Of a stretch of DNA of 64,000 nt, positions 12,001 to 25,756 are shown piece after piece. The notes under the pieces are model-generated. The model saw nothing but the letters and a program-made list of their open reading frames with translations, was not told the DNA's origin and ran no database searches. Origin of the DNA: Camelus ferus (taxonomy: Eukaryota); assembly GCF_009834535.1 (NCBI RefSeq), contig NC_045702.1:22816001-22880000 (forward strand), read 5' to 3'. Numbering within the stretch: position 1 is the first letter of the stretch; every line of letters starts with the position of its first letter. The position numbers and the translations under genes are program-made.

Positions 12001-13329
12001 TCCATAGACATTACCTATTATGAATCCAATGTCTCATGATTCTACATGGCCAGGGGAGATCTGAGAATGAGTGTGCTGAGTAGAGAAGTCAAGGTCCTGT
12101 TAGAAGAGGCGCTTGTTTGCTTTCACAAGTTCAGAATTTCCTCATTTAAAATCCTGACCATTTGTCCCCATAGCCCATGATTTCTGCCTGTCTTTTATAT
12201 TGGCTTTAGCACATTATCAAATGTATCTACACTTAAAAAGTAACCTTTATTTAAGGTTAGCGCGTAACTCCTTTTCTTGTCGTAGCCTGTGGTTAGGTAT
12301 TGTCAACTAGGCAGTTATTTTTGAATGAGTTGGATAAATTCATTCTGTGTACATGCTCCGTGCTAAATGCTGGGACTAGAATTGAAAATGTGGACTCTGC
12401 TTTCAGTGCGCTCACAGAATGGAAGGATAGACAGACATGCAGACCAGCAATTCTGGTGCAATGAGGCAGGGGCACAGATGAAATTGTGTCCATGGTTTGC
12501 ACTGGCAGCCTAGAGACAGGTTCCTAATCTGGCCTGACTGCTGGTGGGCGCTGTGATGGGGCAGCGGAGGGCACTCTTCCCCAGGTACTCCATCTCTCCT
12601 TCTATTAAACCAGACTTGTAATAGATTTCACACTCTCAACGGTAAGCCTTTATCAGCCAGTTACTGGATTGAATTCAGCTTACTTTCAAAGAGCCAGTTT
12701 TTCTGATTGAATTCAACCATAGTATAATTTTGTGCACAAAGAGTGTATGATTAAGCATATATGAGTGCAACAAATTTGCCCTAAATATATCTTAATGGAG
12801 TGAAAGAAATTTTAAAACAAGTAGCTTATTCTTTTTTTTTCCTAGAAAATTATGAAGTGTTTTATTTCCTCCAAAGCATTGTCTCTTGGTCCAATTTTTT
12901 TTTCTTTTTTATGGAACTAACATATGTTCTTAACTTAGCAATTACAGTCAGTTAGTATAATTGTTTATTTTGATTTAGGTTTTCTATTCAGCAATCTCAG
13001 TCCACGCATGAAGGGCATATTGTCTACCTGAGAGTGAATTTGAACAATTAAGCCTCTCCATTTGGTTAGGCTGAAGCTCTCCAGAGGCAGGTGGCCCTTA
13101 TTAGTGATCACAAAACATATTGTAACCTAGAGGTTCAGAGAAAACAGCAAAGCCTGAACTGCACGAAGAACAGCCATATGCTGCTTCAAGTCTGCAGGGA
13201 GACGGTGTATGGAGGTTACTGGATGGGCCTAAAATAATCGAGGACTTTTTTATCCTTCCAACCAGAGCTGCTCTTTCTGGATTACTGTAGGAATGAGACA
13301 AATATTTTTGCTTGTTTTGCTGTTTTGTT

Positions 13330-13947
13330 TTGTTTTCTTTTTTTATTGAAGTATGGTCAGTTATAATGTGTCAATTTCTGGTATACAGCACAATGTCCCA
13401 GTCGTGCATATATATGCATATATGTGTGTGTATATATATACACATATACTCATTTTTGTATTCTTTTTCATTAAAGGTTATTACAAGATATTGAATATAG
13501 TTCCCTGTGTTAAACAGAAGAAATTTGTTTTTATCTATTTTTGTATATCTTGGTTAACATTTGCAAATCTCAAACTCCCAAATTTATCCCTTCCCATTCC
13601 CTATCTCCCGGTAACCATAAGATTGTTTACTATGTCTGCTAGTCTGTTTCTGTTTTGTAGATGAGTTTGGTAGTATCCTTTTTCTTTCGTTTTTCTTTTT
13701 CTTTTTTTAGATTCCACATAGGAGTAATATATGGGATTTTTCTTTCTCTTTCTGGCATCNNNNNNNNNNNNNNNNNNNNNNNNNNNNNNNNNNNNNNNNN
13801 NNNNNNNNNNNNNNNNNNNNNNNNNNNNNNNNNNNNNNNNNNNNNNNNNNNNNNNNNNNNNNNNNNNNNNNNNNNNNNNNNNNNNNNNNNNNNNNNNNNN
13901 NNNNNNNNNNNNNNNNNNNNNNNNNNNNNNNNNNNTGAACATTGGGG
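13330..13947 (-). mobile_element. Young camelid-type L1 3' end, 5'-truncated, spanning the first assembly gap
   Basis: ttttattgaagtatggtcagttataatgtgtcaatttctggtatacagcacaatgtcccagtc...caagatattgaatatagttccctgtg...tagattccacat. After the gap, tgaacattgggg resumes L1 sequence, and the 176-N gap is about the size of the missing L1 segment. Confidence 0.8.
13760..13935. other. Assembly gap (176 N)
   Basis: Run of N read directly. Confidence 0.99.
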
Positions 13948-14119
13948 TTGTTTTTTTTTTATTCAAGTAAATAATCTGAAGATAAACAAAAAATAGTAAG
14001 GCATAGTCACTTCATAAGAATGTCTCAAGCACAGTTAGCAGCACCGGGTCAACTGGAAAGGGGGATTTAAAGGAGAAGGGCTTCATTTAATTTTGTGTGG
14101 GCCACTCCATAAAAGAAAG

Positions 14120-14445
14120 TAACTCTTGACAAGGTCCTGAATTCTGAGTCTCAGTTTTCTCATCTGTTATGTGGGGATAAAAATAGGCTTATTATGGAGA
14201 TTGAATGCATTGGGATGTAGTGGTCAAGTATAAGACCTCAGAGTCAGAAAGATGTTTGAATTCCAACCTTCCATTCATGAGCCTTGGGCACATTATTTTA
14301 CCTCTTTTAGTCTCAGATCCTTCAACTATATGAAACAACCATAACTACTTTATGGAGCTGTTGAGATAATTGTGGGAAATTGCATATTCAAAGATTCTAC
14401 AATTCTGCCTGTGATATATTATGTGTTACATGAATATAGTAATAA
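14120..14445 (+). mobile_element. Two adjacent MIR fragments
   Basis: ctgagtctcagttttctcatctgttatgtgggga followed by gtagtggtcaag...gagtcaga...gccttgggcacattattttacctc. Confidence 0.65.
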
Positions 14446-15990
14446 TAATTTTGTTTTGCTTTGCTTGGATAACTAGCCTATTATAGAGGACCTGCAATGG
14501 GTACTGCAGTCCAAAATTCCACATATGAAAAGTCTCCTCTGCCTTTATCTTGATGTTCTGAGTAGGGAGTAACTGTAAAAAGAGGTGCATGCACTAAGAT
14601 AACCTTTCTGTGCCTATGTGACACACCCAAAATATTTATTTTGGTATGAGAAAAAGTGGGCTCCGTGACTCAATGCTTTGGGGACCACCAGAAGCTTGAG
14701 CAAATTTCTAATGGAATTTAGCCCAATTAAATCCATCTTCCCTGTGTGCTGTCGTGCAGTATTTATAGCATGATATATTAACTGAATATGTATCTTTGCC
14801 TGTGGATGGTCAGTCATCTGTATACATCAAATATAATAATAACATCAAATACAGGCTATCCTGGGAGTTCCTCAACTTGCTTGAAATACAGAAAGAGAAT
14901 TTCTGAGTCCCCTCAGTGGCCTCATGGGTTTTTTGTTTTGGATAAACAGCCACAGTTTTAACCAAAATCATTAGATTCACTAATGTCACTGAGGAACGGC
15001 TTTCCTATAACGAAGAATATTGACATAGTCTTGAGGTAGAGGGTGGAGTGGATGGAGTTGGAACAACGTTCGAGGGGACCCTTGACCCCCTCTTTGCTTG
15101 GACTCTTTGGAGTCATGCATTTTCTCTTTGTCTCTGTTTCCTCATTTGCAAAGTTGCCTGCATTTGAAAATGCTCTGTCATATGATTGTCAGTACCTATA
15201 AAAGATGATTCACACCATGAGACAAGCATTATATGAAGCTCTTTCCATCTTGCAGAATATGAATGTGAAGTCAAGTCTCTGAGACCTTTCACTACATTCC
15301 AATAGCGCTTTAAATGCCACTCTAGTGCCTGCCTTTATACTCTGTTCTGAAAAGACTTTCATTCTGCTTCCTTGCCGTGTTAACAAGATGATTAATTGTC
15401 AAAACTATATTTTTTGTTCACTAGATGCAAATCTGTTCTTTTCAAAATAAGTCATTTTGGGGTCAGTAATTATATTTTGCTTATGAGAAAATAAGTGTTT
15501 GGTGAGTTCATTTTTTAACACATTGAGCAAATATCAGGGTGATTAAAGTTTAACTACATCCTTGTTAGCACAGAGTAGGTGCTTCAGTAAGTTTTTCTCG
15601 AATGTGTCATGAACAATATGCTGGTATTTCCTAAATACTGACTTAATATGGAGCAACCATCCAAGATTACTGACTAGGAAGTGGGCCTGTGCACAGATTA
15701 TTCAGTGACTGTTGCCGACCAGGAAGGATGCTAAGCCACTGAGGAGCTTAAGGTTCAATAAAACAAACTTCCAGATATCAAATGATTGCCCATTAAAAGT
15801 AACTTTATACTTGAACAATTATAATAAAAGCATAATTAGGTAGGTGTACATTAAACATCAAACTAATTAAAAATATGCAATGATTACCTCCGAGTAGAGG
15901 GACTGGATAAATTTTGTTGAATTCAAACTGGATCTTCAACTACTTTGGTGGCCAAGAAATGGTTGGAAGAATGTTTAGGCCATGTAAAAG

Positions 15991-16052
15991 CATCTATCCA
16001 TCCATCCATCCATCCATCCATTCTTCCATCCATTTATCTATCCATTCATTCC
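15991..16052. repeat. (CATC)n microsatellite, probably the tail of an adjacent antisense L2 (about 16050-16400)
   Basis: catctatccatccatccatccatccatccattcttccatccatttatctatccattcattcc. Confidence 0.85.
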
Positions 16053-17934
16053 AGAATAAAGTGTCTCCAATGTACCATTACTCCAAAAGGTGCTGGAATG
16101 ATTCAGAAGGGTTTTGGATTCAGTCCCCAGTGTCACCTCTGAGCTAGGGATGCACACCTATTAGAGATGCGGGCCTCTCCTGCACACAGTGTAAGTTATA
16201 AGTGCATTGATGGAGATGAGGAGTGTTGACTAGGTTTTCATAGGGAGGTAGAAAAGGGCCAGTTTATTTAGGCAACCGAGTGTGATCCTGAGCTGCCAGA
16301 ACAGAGGACCATCTGGGGAGAGAATATCACAGGGAATGAAGAAAGATGGCTTGAAGCCACATTTCTAATAGTCTCAGATACTGTTGGAAAGCAAGTTGAT
16401 AGTCTTTAGGCTACAGTGAGCTCTTCAGTAGAGATAGTCTCAGCTCTTAACTTCGGGTAAATATTTTGGGCAGCAAAGAGCTGGCTGTCTGGAGATGAGG
16501 TTGTTCCATCACTTAGCAGAGGCCACAATTAAGACTCCATTCCTGTCTTACCTAATTGACAGATTCTCTCTGTCTTATCTGCCCATCTGCTTGGTTTGAG
16601 TTTGGTTCCATAAACTATTTAAAAGGACTTACTAAGATACATTTATCACAGGATAAACAAAAGAACAGACACACAAAGTGAACAAATTGGAAAGAAAGGC
16701 TAAAAAGAGTTGATGCATTTTATAGTTAATGTCAAGTTTGATTTTCCCATCAATAATTATGATCAAGAGATTCATCTGGGATTTTCGATAGAGTAAGAAA
16801 TAATCATGCTGATATTTTAAGAACAAAACAATGGTGCTGTATAAAATATGATTTAATCTGATTAAGAATTGAGAAGCTGGATTCAGTCATCTGGACCTAA
16901 TTGGAGGCAGATTTTTGGGGTAATCTAATAGTATCCAGGGAATCTAGTAGCTCATCAGGGAAAGTGTAAGTGGGGCACACACACAAATCTACCTTTATTA
17001 ATGAAAAATAGGAAAAGTCCTAAGGGCTTAGTTATTTTAATAAGTAAGAATGAAAATGACACAGAAAGGGAAAAGAAAGCTGGAAAAAATGATAGCGGTC
17101 AAACTGGAAAAGGAAAATCGAAGAATACAATGCAACTAAAGGGGACCATCACATAAAATAGAAAATGTATCTTTATACCAACACCAAAGAGGGCAAAGGA
17201 AGACGGTGACTCTAGACTTTTATGGGGATAATAAAGTAATAAAAATGATAATCAATGGTCTTTTAATCCTTATTGTAACTTGGGCGGAGTAAAGTAAGTG
17301 CAATTTTAACGTGATGAATAGAATATGTAAGGTTAAATTACGGTTTTAAACATAAAATGATAATGTAGAATAGAGGAATAACTGGTAAGAAAATCATTTT
17401 CTTACGGTAGATTTACTAAAATATATGTGAATCCCGTATCCTCGGGTGTGTTTGAAAGCTCGGTGGGCACATCAGTGTTATATAAAATCTACACTGTACA
17501 AAAGAATTACAAGCAAGAACTGAAAAGTATTAAATACGAATAAAATATGTAGCCCCCAGCTGCAGATAGAGGTCAGTAGCTGATAAGAGCACGAAACATA
17601 AAGAAAAAAGTTAATATGTCTGTTCACTGAATCAAAAGCTTAACATGACATCTTTTCTCAAAGTTTTCACTAAGGAAGGAAAATAGAGCCAGAGGCTGGA
17701 ATCCTCCCCAAGTCCCTGTAATTTCACTGACATCGTGGATCCTTATCTCCACGTGAAGTTGTAGAAATGTGCAATTGTGTATAAACTCAGGGGATGAGAT
17801 GTAAAAACATGTCCTTTCTTTAAATCCGTAAATACACACCAGAGAGATATAACCAGGACACAGAAAAACAACTTAATTTTACTAGTAGTGACTACTTGGT
17901 CTAAAATCACTTTTTCAAATCATTTTTTGATAAA

Positions 17935-18500
17935 ACATTATTTTGAGATAATTGCAAATTCGTGTGCACTTGTAAGAAATAATAAAGAAAGATCCCATGT
18001 CCCCCTTACTCCATTTTCCCTCCAATGATAACATCTTGAAAACCTATGGTGTAACAGCAGAAGCGGGGTGTTGACATTTATACAGCCCACCAATCTTGTT
18101 CATATCGCCCGTTTTACGTGTGTGTGTGTGTGTGTGTGTGTGTGTCTATACATTTTTGTTACCTGTGTAGGTCCATGTATCTACTACTATACTCAAAATA
18201 TAGGACATTTCCATCACCACAAGGATCCCCTAATTTGTCACTTAATAGCCATACCCACTTCCAACCAAATGCCTCCCTTCATACCTGGCCACATCTATTT
18301 CTATTAATGTGTCATTTCAAGAATAGTATGTGAATGTAATCATATTGTACATAATCTGTTGGGTTTGGCTTATTTTCGTCCAACATAGTTCTCTCAAAAT
18401 TTATCTATATTGTTGAGTCCCTTTTATTTGCTAGGTAGGATTCCATGGCATGGGTGTACCACACTTTGTTGAGTTACTCACTGTTTGAAGGACACCTGCA
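17935..18500 (-). mobile_element. L1MC-type 3' end containing (GT)14 at 18118-18145
   Basis: ttattttgagataattgcaaattc...gtaagaaataataaagaaagatcccatgt...catttccatcaccacaaggatccc...gtcatttcaagaat...gattccatggcatgggtgtaccaca. Confidence 0.8.
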
Positions 18501-21500
18501 AAATAATTATGCATCAACCTGCCATGAATATTTGTTGAATTGTATGTAGAGAGAAACAGCAGGGAAGGGAGATGTCTTGTCTCAGAACTGAACCAAATCG
18601 TTTTGCTACTGTATCATTTTGATACAGTTTTAGAAGTTATATTTAACCCTTTAATAGAGAATATTTTTAGAACATAAGTTAAAGAAGCTTTCTTGCTGCG
18701 GCATACACCTCAGATCCTTTACCACTGGCATAGGGACACCTCGGCTGCAGTACACTTACAACAATCACAGCGAAGGCGTCTAAGGGGAAACGTTCTCATT
18801 TAAAAGTAATACCACCTGGGTCTACATCCTTTTAACACCATAGTCTGTGAAAACAGACCTATGCTCGTTCTTCTTGTGCTTCACTTTCCATCCCTTCTAT
18901 CAACATCACACTAATATTGCTGTCTGTGCACCAAATCCCACCTCTCCCTGAATTTCCAAGACTTCCTCAAGTTGTTCTTATCCTGTATTTCTTAAGTTGT
19001 TGTGACACTGTGCGAGGCTTTGCTGTACCTTGTTCTCATCTGACTGCTTTTGTAGCCGTCAGATCTGTCAGTACATGCATTTTTCTGCATTCAGGCCATA
19101 TTTATAAGATTTTAAAAATCAGACATGACTTCTAGATTAAGCTGCTATCTGATCTTTGAGACTACTCATCTAAGCTCTTTGTAAAAATTTTAGAAGGAAT
19201 TTCCAAGGACACTGCAGTTGGCATGTGCTATGTGGATCTCCTAGTGGGAACCCACTTTAAGCTTGGCAACTGTGAATTAAATTCCTTGATTAGCCTGTCC
19301 TTAAACTAGTTTATCAAGGAATCAGCTGATTTTTATAAATGGCCTCCATAAAATATTTGACAGGGGTGTGATTTCATGTGTTGTTAAAGGCACAAATAGG
19401 CTTAGCAGACAGACCCGAGGAAGCTCTTCGATGACCTGGAAAGCATAATTGGAAATTAGGAAACTTGTTTTTAGCCTGAGCTCTCACTCATCCTGAGATA
19501 GATTTGCGCTTTATTACTTAATATTTAAGACTTCAAGTTCTGTGTTTATAACATTAGGAATTTAACATAGTTATTCACTAAAATTTCTTCCAGATCTAAT
19601 ATTCTCGAATTGAACACTTGAGATAGAGTTATATTACATGCATTTTCCTGTTTTGTTTACATGGTTTTTTTTTTTAGATTTAAAAGTATAAGGCCTCAAT
19701 CATTCATCTCAACAGAAATGATCCTACAGTGTAGACCTCACCTGTCAGAGGTCTTCTGTATGTGAATTTTTTCAATTTGGGGTATTTATTTTAAAGAAGC
19801 AGGACTGCTCATAGCCTACAAAAACTAAAACTAAACTGGGAGAGGCTAATAACTGCATCTTAGGTGTTCTGCTCACCTTGGTTCTAATAAAAGTGTAAAA
19901 CTTGTTAAAAACGGGTGTGATACTAGTTTCCTCTTGCTCTCCCAGGCACGTGTTTGTATAACATGCTTTAAAAATAGGACTCTGCTGTAGGGAAGCTACG
20001 TTGATTCTGTTAGTTAGACTGAAATCAAACAGGGCTAAGCAGCAATGACTAATGGGATCTGAGCAATGCTAGTTTATCTCTAAAAGGAGAGTTAAGGCCT
20101 GTGTTTGTGAAGACTTAGGGGATGTCACCGAGAGAAGAACAGGCCACGTGTGAGCCATAAACGTGAGCGAGGCTTATTCTTGCTCCTATAAAAAGAGAAA
20201 AATAAGATGATTTCAGAATTCCTGCTGTGCCCTCAAAAATTTGGTTGTGTTCAGCCTGTGACATTGAGGCAATCAGCCCACAGCGTTTACTGCCCTTTTA
20301 CGTCATACGCAGTAAACGGTTTTACGGTTGGAAGTAGAATTGTGGGAACTCAGGCTCAGTGATCTCATTTTGATCCTGTCTCCATCAACAGGCTTAAGCT
20401 TATCCAGTTCCTGGCGCTCCCCAGAGTTCTTCCCACTCTTTATCGGGTTTTTACGTGTTTGTGTTCGTGTATTAAACTTTCCTCCCGAGATGAAGTTTTG
20501 CATCTGTCGCTGGCTGGCTAAGCGATTGCTGGGTATTGCATGAAAAATAGAACTTTATCCAGATCTTTTAAGAGACTGTTAAGAAAGAATTGGCCTTAGA
20601 AAGTTAATGCCGTTCTACTACGCTGATGACACAGCTTCCCACAGGACCATTTGTTTCCTTGTTCTGAGAGTTTGTGATAACTCTGAACATTAGGAGATAG
20701 TTGTCTCTTTTACCAAAAAAAAATTTTTTTTTTCCTCAGCCGATAGGAAACCTGAAGCTGAAATAACTTCCAAATTGATAACTGTTGTTCTTGTCCAAGT
20801 CAGCATTTTTCCAAATGCCTTCCTCAGAATACTGGTTCTGCAGGATTTTAAACAGCTGCTGTATATGTACACAAAGGCTTTCTGGTCAAATAAGTTTAGG
20901 AAATGTCAGGACAGTTGTTTTTATTTTGTTTTGTTTTCCTGCAAGAATTTGTGGACCCTTTGACATGCTAATGTGCAGCATGGCTGACTGAGAAGTGGGC
21001 ATTGAGTGTCATGTGTAGTAAATTGATTTAACCGTGAATCCTTTTTTATTTGAAGGGCATTTTGTAGCACTAATATTCCTTGAAACTCATTCTGAGACAT
21101 GTTGGCTTAAGTTGAATTTTCCACCTAAGTTACATTTATTAACTCATTTAATCTTTGTCATGACCCTGTGATTAGATACTCTTAAGTACGGCCATTTTAT
21201 AGAAGAGGAAACCAGGATCAACAATAAGTTGCTTATTTAAGTTCACTCAGCAAGTGGAAACATACAAGAAATTGACAGGCATATACATCCCTCTCCAGTG
21301 TGCCTGCTTTTAGGAACGTTAAAGAAGTAGAATCAAGAGTGAGTTGGTAAATGATTGGATATGGGAATCCAGGGAAAGCGTGGGGTTCATGATGACTCCT
21401 AGATAAATGAGAAGGCAGGAGAAAAGAGATTTTAGGAAAAAGGTCGCTATAGGAGAAAGCTTTAAAGAAAAAATCACATTTAAGCTAGAAGGATCTTGAA

Positions 21501-22845
21501 TGTTCTGGAGAATGAAGGCTAGGTATTACTAAAGGTAAGGGGCAGGCTGCATAGAGGCAGAGAGAGGGTCTTAGGATTTTCATGAGGAACAGAAGGACTA
21601 GGAAGGGGGATCACAGAAGATCTATTCAAAAAGCGAATTTTGGAATTTGGATCTCAGCTTTGAGTGAGGATATCTTCCTATAACTAGCATCAGTCCCTGT
21701 AAAGAAATGACCCGAGGACAACTGGACGTTAGGAAGATGAACTGCCATCAGTCTGTAAAAAAGAGATGGCTTTCAGGGACAATCATAATTTAACAGCGCT
21801 ACCTGATCATTTAAATTATTAGTGTATAGGCGTGTCTTTAATTTATGGCTTATTTACTAAAATAAAACAAAAAAATCCTTTACCCCAAACACAAGTTTTT
21901 CTTAGTTCTTCAAATGGGATAAGCACGTTTTCTTTTTATAAAACACTTCAGTCTCTTCTGTAGTATTTTCTTGAACTTAATGTTGACCTGATCTCATTTT
22001 TCAGGAATGTACATAATTTTGAGGTAGGGATAACAATAATCCAAAATTGAGTTAATAATCTTTTCTATAATATTGGTTAATGACAGAGCACTAAGTAAAT
22101 ATCTTATTCACGTTAATCTTTAGTATTTCTTTAAGTGCCACAGTTTTGCACATTTAAGTGAGTAACTTAGTGAACAAATTCAGGAGACATCAGGGCTGAG
22201 CTTTTAGTTTAGCTGACAAATTATAGACACTCTTGGTGCACCCTGGAAGGCAGGCAAGAAAAATTTCTTTTCCTAGAATACCAACTGCGTTGCCCTTTCC
22301 ATAAAACTCTGTTAAACTAGTTGACCAGTGGTGACATGTTCCACCAGTGTCCCAGCAAAGCCTTGAGGTGGTGTCCTTTGCTGGCCATTAGCTTATTAAA
22401 AGTTCACTGCTCCAGAAGAGAGGCCGACTCCAGTCAGCACACTTAACAGCTCTGAAATCTTTTCTCAGCTAGGAATTGAAGCTTCCTGTTATACACTGGC
22501 TTCTATTTTACAGAATCTTCTTAAAGATCAAAAAGAGTTTTGTATAGTGAGAATACTTTGTAAGCTTCAAAATGCTGTAGAATTGCTAGCTATTATTTGT
22601 GAGGGCCATAATCATGTTGTATAGAGAATAAGAGCCACACAAAATCACGTTTAAAAACAAAACAAAACAAAGCAAACATCTCAGCTTTGTCCTTTTCCCA
22701 AGTGGGAGCATTTTTTACATATATTAAGGTACATATAAAATTAGTCAGAACTGGATTTGCATACATTTCCTGTGTATTTATGTTTACTTCTAATATTTCT
22801 GAACTTCTAATATTTAGTTTCCTCTGATTTTTGCAACTTTTTTGG

Positions 22846-22866
22846 GTGTGTGTGTGTGTGTGTGTG
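22846..22866. repeat. (GT)10 microsatellite
   Basis: Direct reading. Confidence 0.9.
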
Positions 22867-25054
22867 AAGTGGAGTCCTTTACCTTTCCTTAATAAAAAGA
22901 ACTTTACATGCGAACCTCACGTAATAGAATGCCCATGGAAAATCCTGGTACTGTGGCACACAGAGTAGGTTCTCAGTAAATGTGGGTTGAATCTGGAAAA
23001 CTCCCTTCTAGGTTTGTCACTTGACCATTTCTCCCTTGAGTGGGCGAGAAGGGAAGAGAAAATTTATATGTGTGTGTGTTTTTATTTCTTTAAGTTTAAT
23101 AATTGTCCTAGAACTGATATAATTTTAAAATACTAGTAAAATTAGAATATGAAAGCCTCAAATAAAAAATGGTCATTTTCCATGAATGTGTCTTTTTGCA
23201 GCCTTTCAGTGGATTATATTTATTGGCATATAAAAAATAGCTGCTTTTGGTAACTGGAGCCCTCGCCATTCAAGAGTGCACCTCTAGAGCATGGCGGCCA
23301 TCTGCTGCTGCTCCCTGGTGGCTGCCCCTAAACCAGCCCAGATTCTCTAACATTGACTGGAAGAAGAGAAAGGAGCAGCTGCTCTGGAGCTCTGCGGCTG
23401 CCTCTGCCCTCCTCACCACCTGGCACACACACAGTCGACTCTCGGCACGGCAGACACACTAAGCCATGTTCTACTCCACACCAGTTGCGCATTCCTCATA
23501 CTAAACACCCATCTCTTCCCTGCCATCCCTCACCCATCCTTGTCCTTTCTTTTATTCCCATTCTTTCTCCAGGATGCTAAGTGGGAGTGGGACGAGCGAG
23601 ATCGAGAGGCGGGACCCAGAGGGATACAGGATTCTGGCCAAACTCCTGTCCTGCTTCCCGTCTCACTACTTTTATTTCTTTAACCAAAAAAATTTCTCCC
23701 TCTGTCAGGAATATATGTAAATACATCATTTCCTTTAGTGTCAAAGCAACCTTCTATGATGCTATCGTTGTTTGAATGTAACAGGAGCAATATGAATACA
23801 AGACCCTTAAGAGTTTTTCACACTAGTCTTCTCTTTAAGAGGAAACATCTTTGCTGTCTGCAATCAGGTCTATGAATGAGGGGAGAATCAGGAATCATTG
23901 AAATAAGCTTGATTGGTTTACACTGAAAAGATCAGAGAATGAAATGAAGGTATCTAGCAGACCAGAGTGAGGGTCAGAGAGAGAGGAACACGGGCTGGTG
24001 TGGTGGGAGATTGTGAGAGGCAAGAAAGAAGAAAGTCTTCCAGGCAGCTGCAGATTGCCAAAGGTACATAGACAGACAGAGAATGAGAAATGAATGCTTG
24101 AGATCAAGAGACCTTCTATGGAAGAAACCGTGCTCAAGAGGGGTGCAAAAGATTTTGAGAACTTGTGCGTGGTTAGGTGGGTTACATAGAGATTCATCTT
24201 TTGGAATCACTGAGAAACTTCAGTCAATATTTAAGTCACTTCCAAATTATTTTTTGGATATTTAGTCTCTATGCTGTAGTGCCACGGGGCAGCTGAGTTT
24301 TCTGTGGGTTTAGTATCTGAGTGTAAGATGTCCTACTTAGTGTATTTTGTTTAGTAAGTCATCACTTAGAATGTGGGTTACAGTGGAAATTTCAGTGGAC
24401 ATTCCTTTACATAACTGCAGGTGGGACATTCGTTTTCTAACCTTACTGCTTAATATAGCAAATATCTTAAGAAATGAGGGACCGTTCAGAATGGAGGCAG
24501 GAGATGTGGCACCCAAGTCTGGATGGGTTTATGACTTAAAGCCCTCTTCCAGTGACTGAGGCTCTCTGCTCCTAGGGGTTAGACTTGGAAACCAACAGGA
24601 AAACTAGGAATTTAAGGAATTGATAGCCAAAGACAGAAAAATAGGCCTTTGAGTTACGGGAGGGTTTCCTACTAAAATAGGGTAACAATGATAAGCCTGG
24701 GTGTGCTGTCAGGTCAGCAACTGCAGGCTTTGGCTGTTGGAAGTTTTCTGGATTCAAAGAATGCATAGCCTGTTCTGAAGAGGACTGCCTCACTGACCTA
24801 GAAAGGGAACAACAGAGCTGGCAGAGGCTGGGAATATAAATTTAATCTATAATTAGTCTTTGATGATAAGGGAAGGAGTTTCTGCTACTCATTCAGACTG
24901 GAGGGAGTTTACACCCTGGGCCTATGAAGCTGGACTCTTCACTGAATTTTCAAGGAATAGAAAATAAAAATATTTTTAAAAAAAGGAAGGAAGAGAGAAA
25001 AAGAGACAAGAAATAGTATGGGGTGATTTTAGAAGAATTTCTGTAGAGTTTGTT

Positions 25055-25320
25055 CTTTTTATTGAAGATATAGTTGATTTGAGGTATCAGGGTTCATTTC
25101 AGTTGTACAGCAAAGTGATTCAGTTAATATGTACTTTGTTCAGATTATTTTCCACTATAGGTTATAACAAAATATTGAATATAGTTCCTGTTTATATGGT
25201 AAATCCTTGTTGCTTATCTATTTTACGTGTAGTAGTTTGTATCTGTTAATCCCATATTCTAAGTTATCCTCCCCTCCTTTTCCCTTTGGTAAGCATAAGT
25301 TTACTTTCCATGTCTGTGAT
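25055..25320 (-). mobile_element. Artiodactyl-type L1 3' end, 5'-truncated, with candidate TSD AGAGTTT
   Basis: ttttattgaagatatagttgattt...gtacagcaaagtgattcagtta...aatattgaatatagttcctg. AGAGTTT occurs at 25045-25051 and 25324-25330, and the right copy runs into TTTT/AA, the L1 endonuclease consensus. Confidence 0.75.
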
Positions 25321-25756
25321 AGAGAGTTTTAAAAGAAAGAAGAGACTTGGAGATGTTTGCACGTATCAGAGACATTAAAAAAGTGGGAAAGATGACTTCA
25401 TTTTGCTCTGAACTATAAATTCAGTCCTCTTTTGGTATTTGTGAGTGACATTCATCAACATTTGAATCACTTTTTAAATTTTGGCGGGAATTTAGTTTTT
25501 AAATAACATAATCCTGGACCCAGTCCATGTGGCACATTGGCTTTGCAAGTGTTAAGCATATTTACAGATGAGGAAACTGAGGCTCAGAAAATAGAAATGG
25601 TTTACTCATGATGATTCAGCTCTAGCGCCTGACCAAGATTTAATCTGCTTGCATTAGACCATGGCTACCTGCCATCAGCCTCCACCATGTTTCTTATTCT
25701 TTTCTTCTCTTTGTTTTCCCCACGTGCTGTACATTCTTTCGTTGTTGATGTTAACT

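Noticed and set aside
13601-13996. ORFs crossing the N runs here and at 53171-53494
   Set aside because: They stay open only because N codons contain no stops.
16850-17620. A-rich unexplained stretch, and a similar one at 55380-56050, as possible transposase or retrocopy remnants
   Set aside because: I could not recognise any protein motif or repeat consensus. A tblastx or Dfam search would be needed before making a claim.
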